A stretch of 64,000 nt of DNA from an uncultured delta proteobacterium (GCA_963737905.1 CAVTUQ010000021.1:29852-93851); one strand, 5' to 3'. Counted from the stretch's first letter, positions 49,549-58,866 are shown. Notes: generated by a model not told the origin, from the sequence alone. Program-made: numbers and translations.

Positions 49549-50459
49549 TGGTCATGCGTTCAGTCAAATCGTCAGTGAAAGAATGGAAGACCGCGGGAAC
49601 GCGCCTAGCCGTTCTGATCGTCTTGCAGGCGCTTGGGCTAGGAGCTTGCTGGCTACAGGAACCCGCTCCACCGCGGATCGACAAGGAAATCGCCAAGCAG
49701 GAAAAAATCTACGGCACCCGGGGCACCGACGTTCCCAGCGGCTACGTCACCGGCCGAGCGCTCGCGGACTACGCGGAGCTTCTTCCCACCGGGTTCTGCG
49801 ACGTGCTCGGCAAGCTCGGCAGCTCGGACCGATGGCTGGATATCGGAGCGGGCGACGGGCAGGCCATACTGGACTACTACGCACTCGAAGACGACGCGGC
49901 GCCGGCTGAAAAGTGCGCCCGGTCCTTTAGCAAGGCACGCGCGGTTGCGATGTCCATCGAGGACCGCCGGACGGACAAGTGGCGACAGCAGGCCGCGATC
50001 TTCGGCGACGACCGCCTGCGTTATCTCTCCGGCAAGCGCCTGCGGAACTATTCGGGCGAGGAGCTGGGAAAATTCCAGATCATTACCGACGTGTACGGCG
50101 GCTTCTCCTACACCGAAGACTTGTCCCAGTTCCTGGCGAAGGTGTTGAGCTTGCTGGAGACGGGCGGCGTCTTCTACACGATGGTGCAAAGCGTGCACTT
50201 AGAGAATGGCCAGGACAACCCGAACACTTGGTATCTGACCCAGCTGGTGGATGCAGCCGGCCGCGACGTGAAAGTCTGCTCCTGGCTGAAGAAGACCACC
50301 TGCCTGAACGTCGGCTGCGAGTCGAAGAGCGACTGGGACACACCCACCGAGTTGATAAACATCCGGAAGGTTTGCAGCGACGTCTCTGTCCCGCGCATGA
50401 AACTATTGAAGTACGAGGCGGGGAATCCTCCCGGGAGGCGATTCCAATTGGAGCCTTAG
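49548..50459 (+). CDS. Class I SAM-methyltransferase-fold protein with export signal (copy 2)
   Basis: WLDIGAGDG; paralog of 46526-47431; TAATG coupling to the hydrolase. Confidence 0.8.
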   Translation: MVMRSVKSSVKEWKTAGTRLAVLIVLQALGLGACWLQEPAPPRIDKEIAKQEKIYGTRGTDVPSGYVTGRALADYAELLPTGFCDVLGKLGSSDRWLDIGAGDGQAILDYYALEDDAAPAEKCARSFSKARAVAMSIEDRRTDKWRQQAAIFGDDRLRYLSGKRLRNYSGEELGKFQIITDVYGGFSYTEDLSQFLAKVLSLLETGGVFYTMVQSVHLENGQDNPNTWYLTQLVDAAGRDVKVCSWLKKTTCLNVGCESKSDWDTPTELINIRKVCSDVSVPRMKLLKYEAGNPPGRRFQLEP

Positions 50460-50543
50460 GGTGGTGAAACATGGCGCGCGGTTCGCGAACGGGAAAGGAT
50501 CAGGGTCACTCATGAAAAGGAAGTCAAGCGCGCCTCAATGGGT

Positions 50544-50624
50544 CGGCCGCATCCATCCGCAAATCACCTGGGCCAAACTGATGGGGCGGCGATCGCGAGC
50601 AAGAAGTTGTAGAGTTGAATGCAA
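50544..50624 (+). repeat. 81-bp direct repeat (partner 52258-52338)
   Basis: 79 of 81 positions identical; derived from the 3' end of a MetE-like gene. Confidence 0.9.
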
Positions 50625-50636
50625 GAACGCTTACGG

Positions 50637-51269
50637 ATGGACATTGCAACTACTATCGCAACCCTGAACCGTTTACTCACGAGCAAAGAGCCTGCGCAAT
50701 TTAACAGCTCCTGGATACGGCGACACGCACCGCGCTGCTATCGATTTATCCAGATGAATTTCCGCCGCGAATATGGCGGGATCGATTGGGATAGATTGAC
50801 CTGCGCATTGGAACGAAGGTTTCAGCGGCTTTGGAAGCCTGAGAGGATCACTAAGCGATCTCTTTATGAAGAGCCCCGTGAGATTGACGCCATACGGGAA
50901 AAGTTCCGTGAGAAAATGTACGTCTTCATTGCCCCTCTCGACAAAACCGACACACGCGTTGCGGACATGATTGGAATCAGTTTCGTCCGGCTCGCGCAGC
51001 AGGGAAATCGACTTGCGCGGCAAGAGTTATGCGACCTGATAAGGTTTACCATTGATACATGGATCGAGCGTCACGAGACGATTGCGCGTTGGCGCGGCCA
51101 CGAAGACGAATTACAAGACCAGATCGAAGCTTGTATACGCCGATATCGATACACCGGTTCATTTTTGACCTACCTCTTCCGAACTCTTGAATGCGCCGGG
51201 CGAGGTATCGTGCCATATCAAGCGGGCTCGCTGGATCATCGTAAAGACGTGTTTGCGCACGACCACTGA
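50637..51269 (+). CDS. Hypothetical protein with a sigma region-2-like C-terminal half
   Basis: Clean ORF; VRLAQQGNRLARQEL ... IRRY..TGSFLTYL. Confidence 0.6.
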   Translation: MDIATTIATLNRLLTSKEPAQFNSSWIRRHAPRCYRFIQMNFRREYGGIDWDRLTCALERRFQRLWKPERITKRSLYEEPREIDAIREKFREKMYVFIAPLDKTDTRVADMIGISFVRLAQQGNRLARQELCDLIRFTIDTWIERHETIARWRGHEDELQDQIEACIRRYRYTGSFLTYLFRTLECAGRGIVPYQAGSLDHRKDVFAHDH

Positions 51270-51322
51270 ATGGTCCCACCAGCTCCGGTCTTGCCGCACT
51301 GATCGGAGATCGCGAGGGTCTG

Positions 51323-51634
51323 TTACGCCGCGTGACGAGACTTCGGCTGCTCGATCGGCATGAGACTGAGTTTAAGCCTGAATGGTTTGAGCAGACGATT
51401 GAGGGTTTCCTGGGTCGGATTGTGGCGTGGATTGATCGCACGCAGGATGTTTGGACTTGCGATTTTTATTCTCGCCGAAAACTCTTTTATCCCAATAGCC
51501 CGGATAACTTTTCCCAGGGCGATCTGAATCGATACGCCTTCTTCAATGGCTGCCAGGAGAAATTCACGAGCAAAATTCGGATCGCGCATATCTTGCGCTA
51601 AACCGACATTCCAATCCTTACTGCGCCTTGCCAT
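51323..51634 (-). CDS. Addiction-module antitoxin (HTH, HI1420-like)
   Basis: AGGGAGG RBS; ALGKVIRA.G..FS and NPT..TL motifs. Confidence 0.8.
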   Translation of the reverse strand: MARRSKDWNVGLAQDMRDPNFAREFLLAAIEEGVSIQIALGKVIRAIGIKEFSARIKIASPNILRAINPRHNPTQETLNRLLKPFRLKLSLMPIEQPKSRHAA

Positions 51635-51952
51635 GTTTAGCCTCCCTAAAGTCTTTCCAGTAATGTTTTGCTGCGGGATATCTTTGGATTGCGACGCCTT
51701 GTCGCCGCCCGCAAGAAGCAAGATCACTGCAGCCCCATCTTTTCCAAAGTATAGCCGATACCCAGGTCCAAAATCTAAACGCGCCTCCCAGACTCCACCA
51801 CCCACAGTTTTGTGATCGCCTAAATTGCCGTTTTCAAATCGCAACACTCTTGCCTGGATACGTGCTTGGACACCCATGTCGAGACTCTTTAACCACTCGC
51901 GAAAGGGATTCTTCCCTTGCGGCGTTAAGTATTCTCGGATAGCCAATTTCAT
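51618..51952 (-). CDS. RelE/ParE-family toxin (HI1419-like), frameshifted near its end
   Basis: PF.EWL, GNLGD.K.VGGGV.E.R.DFGPGYR.YF, LLL.GGDK.SQ.KDI. The expected tail AAKHYWKDFREAKHGKAQ* is one base out of frame. Confidence 0.88.
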
Positions 51953-51960
51953 CCTGCGGT

Positions 51961-51994
51961 TAATTATCATATATGATATGTTTTAAATTGTCGA
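51961..51994 (-). promoter_or_regulatory. Toxin-antitoxin promoter with palindromic operator
   Basis: TCGACA -35-like hexamer; perfect palindrome ATCATATATGAT (51966-51977) over the -10 region. Confidence 0.55.
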
Positions 51995-52149
51995 GCCGCG
52001 GACGAGGAATCACCCAGATTGCGGCGCCCCATGCGCTTTGGTCACGGTCCGTCGTCCGTGAACACTTTCACGTTTCCGGAATTCGGAAACGTGGAAGTTC
52101 GTCCTGATACAATTTCAGACCGCAACATTGTTCTTCTTCGGGTCCCGCA

Positions 52150-52332
52150 CCTTCGTGATTGAAAACCCGCGCCTTACTCGTGGGCGGGTCGCATCCTTGC
52201 CTTCGTCGACATCGTCGGCCGCGAAAACATCATCGCCGGCACCGACTGCGGGCTAGGCGGCCGCATCCATCCGCAAGTCACCTGGGCCAAACTGATGGGG
52301 CGGCGATCGCGAGCAAGAAGTTGTGGAGTTGA
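52150..52332 (+). pseudogene. 3' remnant of a MetE-like (methionine synthase II family) gene
   Basis: RILAFVDIVGRENIIAGTDCGLGGRIHPQVTWAKL..DGAAIASKKLWS*. Confidence 0.8.
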
Positions 52333-52955
52333 ATGCAAACGTGCGTGGGCGGACTGAACGAAACAAAAAGCAAGAAAGTCGAAGTAAAGTCTGAACCTAG
52401 ATTCGCTCCTTGAGGGTATTCTCGGGAATAAACCACGAACTCGATGGTCTTGCCGCAGGCATCAGTCTCCATGTAGGCCTTCTCGAAGCCGAGCCCGATC
52501 TTCTCCATGATGCGGATCGAGGCCCTATTTCCGAGCATCGCGTTGGCGTAGATGCGGCGTGCGCTGAATTGCGCGAGAGCTCGCTCGACGAGCGCGAGTG
52601 AGCCTTCTGTGCCGAGGCCCTTGCCCCACCAGCGCTGCTTCAGGCGGTAACCGATTTCGAGGTTTTTTGTATCGTCTGGCGCGCGGCGATCCGGCCGCAG
52701 GATGAACGTGCCGATGAACTCCCCGCTCCCTTTCTCGATCGCCGCGAAAAGACCGAGCCGATTTCCGTAGCGCTCGTTGCGCGCCACGACCTTCGGCAAG
52801 ATCGCCTCGACCTCTTCGAGAGTATCATACTCCGGTGAGAGAAATTCCATGACGCGCGGGTCGGCATTGAGCTCGTATAGGTTACGCGCGTCGGTGCTGT
52901 CGACGGCGCGGAGCTTGAGGCGCTTGGTCTCCAGATACCAATTCAAAAGCGACAT
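52278..52955 (-). CDS. GNAT N-acetyltransferase (RimJ/RimL type)
   Basis: LET.RL.LR, EIGYRL...WWGKGLGTE and N.ASIRIMEKIG. The C-terminal tail reads through repeat DNA. Confidence 0.88.
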   Translation of the reverse strand: MSLLNWYLETKRLKLRAVDSTDARNLYELNADPRVMEFLSPEYDTLEEVEAILPKVVARNERYGNRLGLFAAIEKGSGEFIGTFILRPDRRAPDDTKNLEIGYRLKQRWWGKGLGTEGSLALVERALAQFSARRIYANAMLGNRASIRIMEKIGLGFEKAYMETDACGKTIEFVVYSREYPQGANLGSDFTSTFLLFVSFSPPTHVCIQLHNFLLAIAAPSVWPR

Positions 52956-53157
52956 AATCTTCGGGCCTGGAAAATACTTTGTTGCGTCAGTTCGCTCGAT
53001 TGAGCGTGTTCTAAACGAGTTCATCCGGAGCTATACGCCGAGGCATCACGGCACGCTATCTCGATGCAACTGATTGCGTCAAGATAAAGGTTCGTGTCCC
53101 CTTTCTTCGCGCGGTCGCAAGACGGAAGTTGTCCTGCTTGTTTTCGCCGCACCCGAT

Positions 53158-53754
53158 TCAAGACCGCGGACCGGATTCAGCAATCTTTGGGCCGAACCGC
53201 TGAATGGTAAATTCGATTTCGCCCGCGTTCTGGTTCTCATTGCGTTTTTGCCTGGTGATCTGGACCGTGGCAAACCTGGGCTGAGCAGCGTTGATGAGAT
53301 ACACACTGATCGTGCTTAAATGCCGGTTTTCGAGCGTGAGCCTTTGGGGACCGGCCGCGAGCGGGCCGAAGATTGCGGAGAATTCCATCTGAATTATTCC
53401 CCAACCCGTGCGGAGTTCTGCAGGCGAGACGAATTCAGACGCGGTGAGTTTCAAGTCTAACTTTCGCCCGTCTATGCGGAGCGTGAGATCGCGCTTCAGC
53501 GACTTGGTGTAAGCTGCCGCTTCGTTCTTGGAAATCGCGCCATCGCGGTCGCGGTCAATCTGGGCGAGCACCTGTTCGGCGACAGCCACCCCCGGCGTCA
53601 GATTGATTTGCAGCCGGACGCCAGTCGGTTCGATGGCCACAAGCGTCGCTTGTAGGTACTGGTCATCCCGATGCGCGAAAACAGCGGACGGAAACGCAAG
53701 TAACGCGAGCAGCAGCGGCAGACGACAAAGTCTCCTGGTCACGGCTTCCACCAT
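53158..53754 (-). CDS. Secreted conserved hypothetical protein
   Basis: Signal peptide ending AFA-H; HR.D.YLQA, LTPGV.VA and EF-hand-like DRDRDGAIS; overlaps the DUF3500 gene. Confidence 0.65.
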   Translation of the reverse strand: MVEAVTRRLCRLPLLLALLAFPSAVFAHRDDQYLQATLVAIEPTGVRLQINLTPGVAVAEQVLAQIDRDRDGAISKNEAAAYTKSLKRDLTLRIDGRKLDLKLTASEFVSPAELRTGWGIIQMEFSAIFGPLAAGPQRLTLENRHLSTISVYLINAAQPRFATVQITRQKRNENQNAGEIEFTIQRFGPKIAESGPRS

Positions 53755-54755
53755 TTTTTTCCGTAATCGTTCGTTGGATCGCGGTAGATCGTGTGGATGT
53801 GCTTTGTCGCGTCGCCCCCCAGGCGCTGCGGCGCGTATTCGATGATTACTGTCGGCCCTTGGATCCGGAAGTAAGCGGCGCTGCCTTTTTCAGTTGGGCC
53901 GCTCCACGCGAACCAGGTTTCGGCGATATTCTTTCTCATCTCGTCCATTTTCGCTTTCGCGACAGCTTCGTGCAGGATGCCGGTCCATTCGCCCGCGAGA
54001 TCCAACAGCATCTGGCGCTGCTTCTCGGTCAAGGCCGAGCCTTTGATTCCTTCTGGCTGAATCGTCTGCCCGTCGCGGCCGGGCCCGAGTACAAGGTCGC
54101 GCATCTGGAAGTCAAGGATGGCCTGCTTGCGCTGCGCTTCGTTCAGCGAACTAACGAGGGCAAACGCCTTGTCAGTCTCGCGGCCGAGGGGGCGCACCGT
54201 CTTGCCTTCGAGTTCGTAAAGCGCCGGCTGCGCGCCGGTGTGGCTGGGGGCGAGCGTGCGTTGCGCGCCGGCAAGCGTGATGTTGAGGCCGAGATGGTGC
54301 CCGCCGAACTGAATCATCCACGGCTCGGTGGTGGAAGGCTGGCCGAGGAAAGAGACATAATATTCGTCGCCGCCAAAAATCGTCTCGCCGCTGGACTTTC
54401 TCAACACCTCGTCGGCATCGACGATCTGCAGAACCTTCTCGTACCCCTGCGGGCTCAACGCCGCTGCCAGCATCGCCAGCACGGCCTCGCGCTGGGGTTT
54501 TGTGAGATCGCCCATGCGCAAGCCCTGGCGTTTGAAGATCGCTGTCGGAAGATTCGACCAGCGCTTGCGCTGCGCCTCGTCTTTGAAATCAAAGACGACC
54601 TTGCTACGCTGGGCATCGTCAAGCGTGGCGAGGAATTTCTTCGTGGCTGCGACGATACCCGCGGTCGGCGCGCCGGATGTAGAGTTCGTCTGGGCAAAGC
54701 TGTTCAACCCAGCGCCGAATAACAGGATCAAAACCAGCGCAATTTTTTGGTTCAT
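53739..54755 (-). CDS. DUF3500 domain protein
   Basis: Signal peptide; WSNLP, QFGGHHL, YFRIQGP and HIHTIYRDP.NDYG motifs. Confidence 0.9.
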   Translation of the reverse strand: MNQKIALVLILLFGAGLNSFAQTNSTSGAPTAGIVAATKKFLATLDDAQRSKVVFDFKDEAQRKRWSNLPTAIFKRQGLRMGDLTKPQREAVLAMLAAALSPQGYEKVLQIVDADEVLRKSSGETIFGGDEYYVSFLGQPSTTEPWMIQFGGHHLGLNITLAGAQRTLAPSHTGAQPALYELEGKTVRPLGRETDKAFALVSSLNEAQRKQAILDFQMRDLVLGPGRDGQTIQPEGIKGSALTEKQRQMLLDLAGEWTGILHEAVAKAKMDEMRKNIAETWFAWSGPTEKGSAAYFRIQGPTVIIEYAPQRLGGDATKHIHTIYRDPTNDYGKKWWKP

Positions 54756-55148
54756 CGCTAAATTGAAACCTAATCCCAGTCACGGGTCAACACGCACAGC
54801 CGTTCATCGGACAAGTCCAACACAGTGGAGGACTCTGGACGATCGGATTGCCGCGGGAACTCGAACGCTCGTCTCGGATGTGGCTTTGTCGCCTAGCGAG
54901 CAGGACGCGAGCGAGTAGCGGGCCGGGCCTTATGCCTGTCTGTCTCAAATACGGTTGTTAGGCCGTGATCTAGCAAAAACTACCGCGAAACTCGTCGAGC
55001 ACCCGGAACTGGAAATTCTGTTGACAGCCTCTTCGTCCGCGCAGTAGCATCCGGGAGCCGAGGAAGGATGGAGTTAAGCAAGAGGTTGCAGTCGGAAAGA
55101 GGTGGCCGCTTCATCGGCGTCGTACCGTTACAGTTGGAGAATGCGTTT

Positions 55149-56177
55149 ATGACACCTTCTTCTAATAAGTCCCGATCCTGCGTGCTCGTTGCGCTCGCCA
55201 TGCTCATCATGCTGATCTCCACGGCCGCCCACGCCCAGGTGCCTCGCAAGGTCAAGATGACCTTGCCGGTGGTGGCGCTGACGACGGCGCCCGTGTATCT
55301 TGCCGAGGCCAAGGGCTACTTTGCCCAGGAAGGCCTCAGCGTGGAACTGAACGTGACCGGCGGCGGCGGACCGGACATCAAGGCGCTGATCGCCGGGGAC
55401 GTCGAGTTCACCTACACAGCGAGCGATCAGGTCATCCTTCCCTGGCAGGAAGGTAAGCGCCTGGTCATGGTGATGGGCGTGATTCCCCGCGCTCTGATCA
55501 ACTGGGCCATGCATAAAGACGTGGCGCAAGCCAAGGGGATCACCGAGAAATCGCCACTCGCTGACAAACTGAAAGCGCTCCGCGGCCTTACCATCGGCGC
55601 TACGCAGGCCGGCTCGCTAACCGCCAACCTCGCCGCCTACACTCTGCGCAAGGCTGGGCTGGTGCCGCAGCAGGACGCTAATGTCATTCCGGTTGGCAGC
55701 GGGTTGACCTGGCTCGCCGCCCTCGAGCAACGCAAGGTAGACGTCGCGCTCATGTCGCCGCCGCTGCCCGACACGGCGGTGGCGCGTGGCTTCGCCATCC
55801 TGCTGATTGACAACGCGCGGGGCGAGGACCCGGCGCTCGCGGAGTTCCTTCAGCAGGTCTTTGTCACCCGGCCCGACGTGATCCAGAAGGATCCCGAGCT
55901 TGTGCGGAAGCTGGTACGGGCGCTACTCCGCGCCAACCAGTGGGCTCTCGCCGCTAAGCCCGAGGAGATCGCCGACGCGCTCCAACCCTCGATGGGTGCA
56001 ACCCCGCGCGACGCTCTCATGACCGGGATCAAGGCAACGGTGCCAGCCTACAGTCGCGACGGGCGGATAACGGAGCGGGCGTTGAAGGCCGCCGCCGACG
56101 TCATGGAGGTGGCGGGCATCTTGAAAAAGCGCCCGATGCTCGCGGACATCGCGACAAACGATTTCCTGCCGAAGTGA
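55149..56177 (+). CDS. TauA/SsuA/NMT1-family substrate-binding protein
   Basis: Signal ending AHA; PVYLAEAKGYFAQEGL and LRGLTIG. Confidence 0.88.
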   Translation: MTPSSNKSRSCVLVALAMLIMLISTAAHAQVPRKVKMTLPVVALTTAPVYLAEAKGYFAQEGLSVELNVTGGGGPDIKALIAGDVEFTYTASDQVILPWQEGKRLVMVMGVIPRALINWAMHKDVAQAKGITEKSPLADKLKALRGLTIGATQAGSLTANLAAYTLRKAGLVPQQDANVIPVGSGLTWLAALEQRKVDVALMSPPLPDTAVARGFAILLIDNARGEDPALAEFLQQVFVTRPDVIQKDPELVRKLVRALLRANQWALAAKPEEIADALQPSMGATPRDALMTGIKATVPAYSRDGRITERALKAAADVMEVAGILKKRPMLADIATNDFLPK

Positions 56178-56504
56178 AAGAGACCAGAGTATTCGTTCGC
56201 CGCAGCAGTTAGAGATCGACGCATTGTCGCGCAGTTGGATGAACGGTCGCCTTTTTCTGCCTGGAACCACCATTTATCTACTAACTTTTCAAATTCAAAG
56301 TGCCAGTGCGGGATGAACGAAACAAAACAGCAAGAAAGGCTGAAGAAAAAGTCTGCCCCTGATTTCCGTCAGTCCGACATCACAGAAGTTTTGCGAATAA
56401 ATTACCCAAACGAGATAACCAAAGCCTGGCACTTTTGATCTCCCAATGCCGTTTGACGCTCGGCGGCGAAGCGATTATAGAGAAATCGAAAAGCGAGAGG
56501 AACC

Positions 56505-57953
56505 GTGACGATGAAGAACCGCGCCGTAGAGATACACGCCGGCCTGAAACACCCCGTGATCGACGGCGACGGCCACTGGTTGGAACCGGTGCCGGTCTTT
56601 CTCGAGTACTTGCGCGAAGTGGGTGGTGCTCAAGCAATCGACCGGATGAGAGCGCTCTGGCAGCGCAATCACGCGTGGTACCGCTCCACCTGGTCAGAGC
56701 GCCAGCACAATCGCACCCGGCGCAGCAACTGGTGGGGCATCACCAGCAAGACCCTCGACAAGGCAACGGCGCTGCTCCCGGCTCTGTTGAACGAACGGCT
56801 GCCGGAGTTGGGCATCGACTTCGCGTTGATCTATCCGAGCCTTGGGCTCGCGCTGAACGGCATTGCCCAGGATGACCTGCGCCGGGCCGCGGCCCGTGCC
56901 TACAACAGAATGACGGCCGACATGTTCGCACCCTATGCCGCAAGATTTGCCCCGGTAGCGATCATTCCCGCGCATACGCCGGAGGAAGCGATCGAGGAAC
57001 TCGAATATGCCGTCGGCGAGCTGGACTACAGGGCGATCATGCTGAAGGGAACCCAGGAGCGGCCAATCCCGAGCGCGGCGGAAGGCATGGATGCGAAGAA
57101 AGCCGCGTGGTACGTCGACACCATCGCCCTCGACAGCCCGCTTAATTACGATCCATTCTGGCAGCGCTGCGTCGACCTCGGCGTCGCTGTAACCCAGCAC
57201 TCGGGCAGCGGCCGCTGGCCGGATCGCTCGTCCATCAGCAACTTCACCTACAACCATATCGGCCACTTCGCCGCATCGAATCACGCCTTCGCGAAGGGCG
57301 TTTTCCTGGGGGGTCTGGTGCGGCGCTACCCGAGCCTCAACTTTGGTTTCATGGAAGGCGGTGTAAGCTGGGCCTGCCAGTTGTGCGCCGACATGATCGA
57401 GCACTGGGAGAAGCGCCGCCCGGCCGGCTTACAAAACCCCAGCGCCACCAACATCGCCGAGATGCATCGGTTTATTGCCAAGTACGGCGACGCGAGACTG
57501 AACGCCAATGCCGACGCGATCATGAACAATCTGGACTTCTTGCGGCCGGAATGCAGCGTCGAGGAACTGGCGCGGCCGGAGTTTATCGCCGACGATTTTG
57601 CCGCGGCAGGCATCGAGTCAAAAGAGGATATCCGGGCGGTCTTCTCCTCCAACTTCTACTTCGGTTGTGAGGCGGACGACAGAACGACCCTGTGGACCTT
57701 CGATCCCCGTATGGGCTTCCGGCTGCGGCCGGTGTTTAGCTCCGACTTCACGCATTTCGACGTCCCGGATTTCGCAGATGTCATTCCAGAAGCATTTGAG
57801 ATGGTAGAGAAGGGCTTCGTCACCGACCACGATTTTCGCGAGTTCACCTTCACCAATGCCGCAAGGCTGCACACACGCAACAATCCGAACTTCTTCAAGG
57901 GTACAGTTGTCGAGCAAGCGGTGGCCGATGAGTTGGGCCTGAAGATGGTATAA
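56505..57953 (+). CDS. Amidohydrolase family protein
   Basis: VIDGDGH, YDPFW, FMEGG, YFGCEADD and FSSD..HFD motifs. Confidence 0.9.
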   Translation: MTMKNRAVEIHAGLKHPVIDGDGHWLEPVPVFLEYLREVGGAQAIDRMRALWQRNHAWYRSTWSERQHNRTRRSNWWGITSKTLDKATALLPALLNERLPELGIDFALIYPSLGLALNGIAQDDLRRAAARAYNRMTADMFAPYAARFAPVAIIPAHTPEEAIEELEYAVGELDYRAIMLKGTQERPIPSAAEGMDAKKAAWYVDTIALDSPLNYDPFWQRCVDLGVAVTQHSGSGRWPDRSSISNFTYNHIGHFAASNHAFAKGVFLGGLVRRYPSLNFGFMEGGVSWACQLCADMIEHWEKRRPAGLQNPSATNIAEMHRFIAKYGDARLNANADAIMNNLDFLRPECSVEELARPEFIADDFAAAGIESKEDIRAVFSSNFYFGCEADDRTTLWTFDPRMGFRLRPVFSSDFTHFDVPDFADVIPEAFEMVEKGFVTDHDFREFTFTNAARLHTRNNPNFFKGTVVEQAVADELGLKMV

Positions 57954-58011
57954 GCTCGGGTCATAAAAACGGTGGCTTAAATTTCATATACATCTAAAGG
58001 AGGAGCATGAC

Positions 58012-58644
58012 ATGGACACAGCAGACCTTAACGACGCTTACACCGTCCGCTCTCTGGACGATCTCGCCAAAATCTATGCCGAGCCGTTGCCCAAAATCGC
58101 CAACAAGGAAACCGATCACATCACCGAAGTCGGGCGAGCCTTCATCGCCGCGTCGCCGTTCCTCGTGCTCGCCACCTCCAACGGCGATAGCATCGACTGT
58201 TCGCCCAAGGGCGATGCGCCGGGTTTCGTGCAGCTGCTCGACGATCGCACGCTGCTGATCCCCGACCGGCCGGGTAACAACCGGATCGACGGGATGAAAA
58301 ACCTGTTGGTCAATCCGAAAGTCGGGATCATCTTCATGGTTCCCGGCTCCAACGAGACCTACCGGGTCACCGGCAGCGCGGCCATCAGTACCGACCCCGA
58401 TCTACTGAAGCGATTCGATGTACGGGGCAAGTCGGCCCGTGTCGTCGTGCGGGTCTCTGTCGAGGAGGCGTTCAATCACTGCCCGAAGGCCTTCGTACGC
58501 GCCAAGCTGTGGGATGCGAATGCCCGCCCGAGCGGCGCGCCGACCCACGGCGACTTCGCGGCCAGCCGCGACGGCAAGGACGCGACCTACGCAAAGGACT
58601 ATAACGAGAAATACGCCGAACGCCTGAAGACCGAGCTGTACTGA
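58012..58644 (+). CDS. Pyridoxamine 5'-phosphate oxidase-like FMN-binding protein
   Basis: DCSPKGD.PGFV, IPDRPGNNR.D and HCPKA..RA.LW motifs. Confidence 0.9.
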   Translation: MDTADLNDAYTVRSLDDLAKIYAEPLPKIANKETDHITEVGRAFIAASPFLVLATSNGDSIDCSPKGDAPGFVQLLDDRTLLIPDRPGNNRIDGMKNLLVNPKVGIIFMVPGSNETYRVTGSAAISTDPDLLKRFDVRGKSARVVVRVSVEEAFNHCPKAFVRAKLWDANARPSGAPTHGDFAASRDGKDATYAKDYNEKYAERLKTELY

Positions 58645-58866
58645 GCCGGGCACGAAAAACGTGCGGCGGCAGCCCGAAGTTCGGCTGCCACCGGCTGCAT
58701 CAACACCCATCCCCCCAAAAGCACCCAGGGAGGGAGGTCGATGGTGGGCGGTTTCCAGAGCTGGGGGGAAAGCGCTTGCGTCGCTCTGGCGGTTGGAATA
58801 GATTGCACGATAGTTGGCAAACAACCTCTCGTACAGTCGGTTGGACCATAACCTAAGGAGATAACC

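Noticed and set aside
58780-58820. Sigma54 promoter before the amidohydrolase
   Set aside because: GG-to-GC spacing in TGGAATAGATTGCA is 8 nt, not the required 10.
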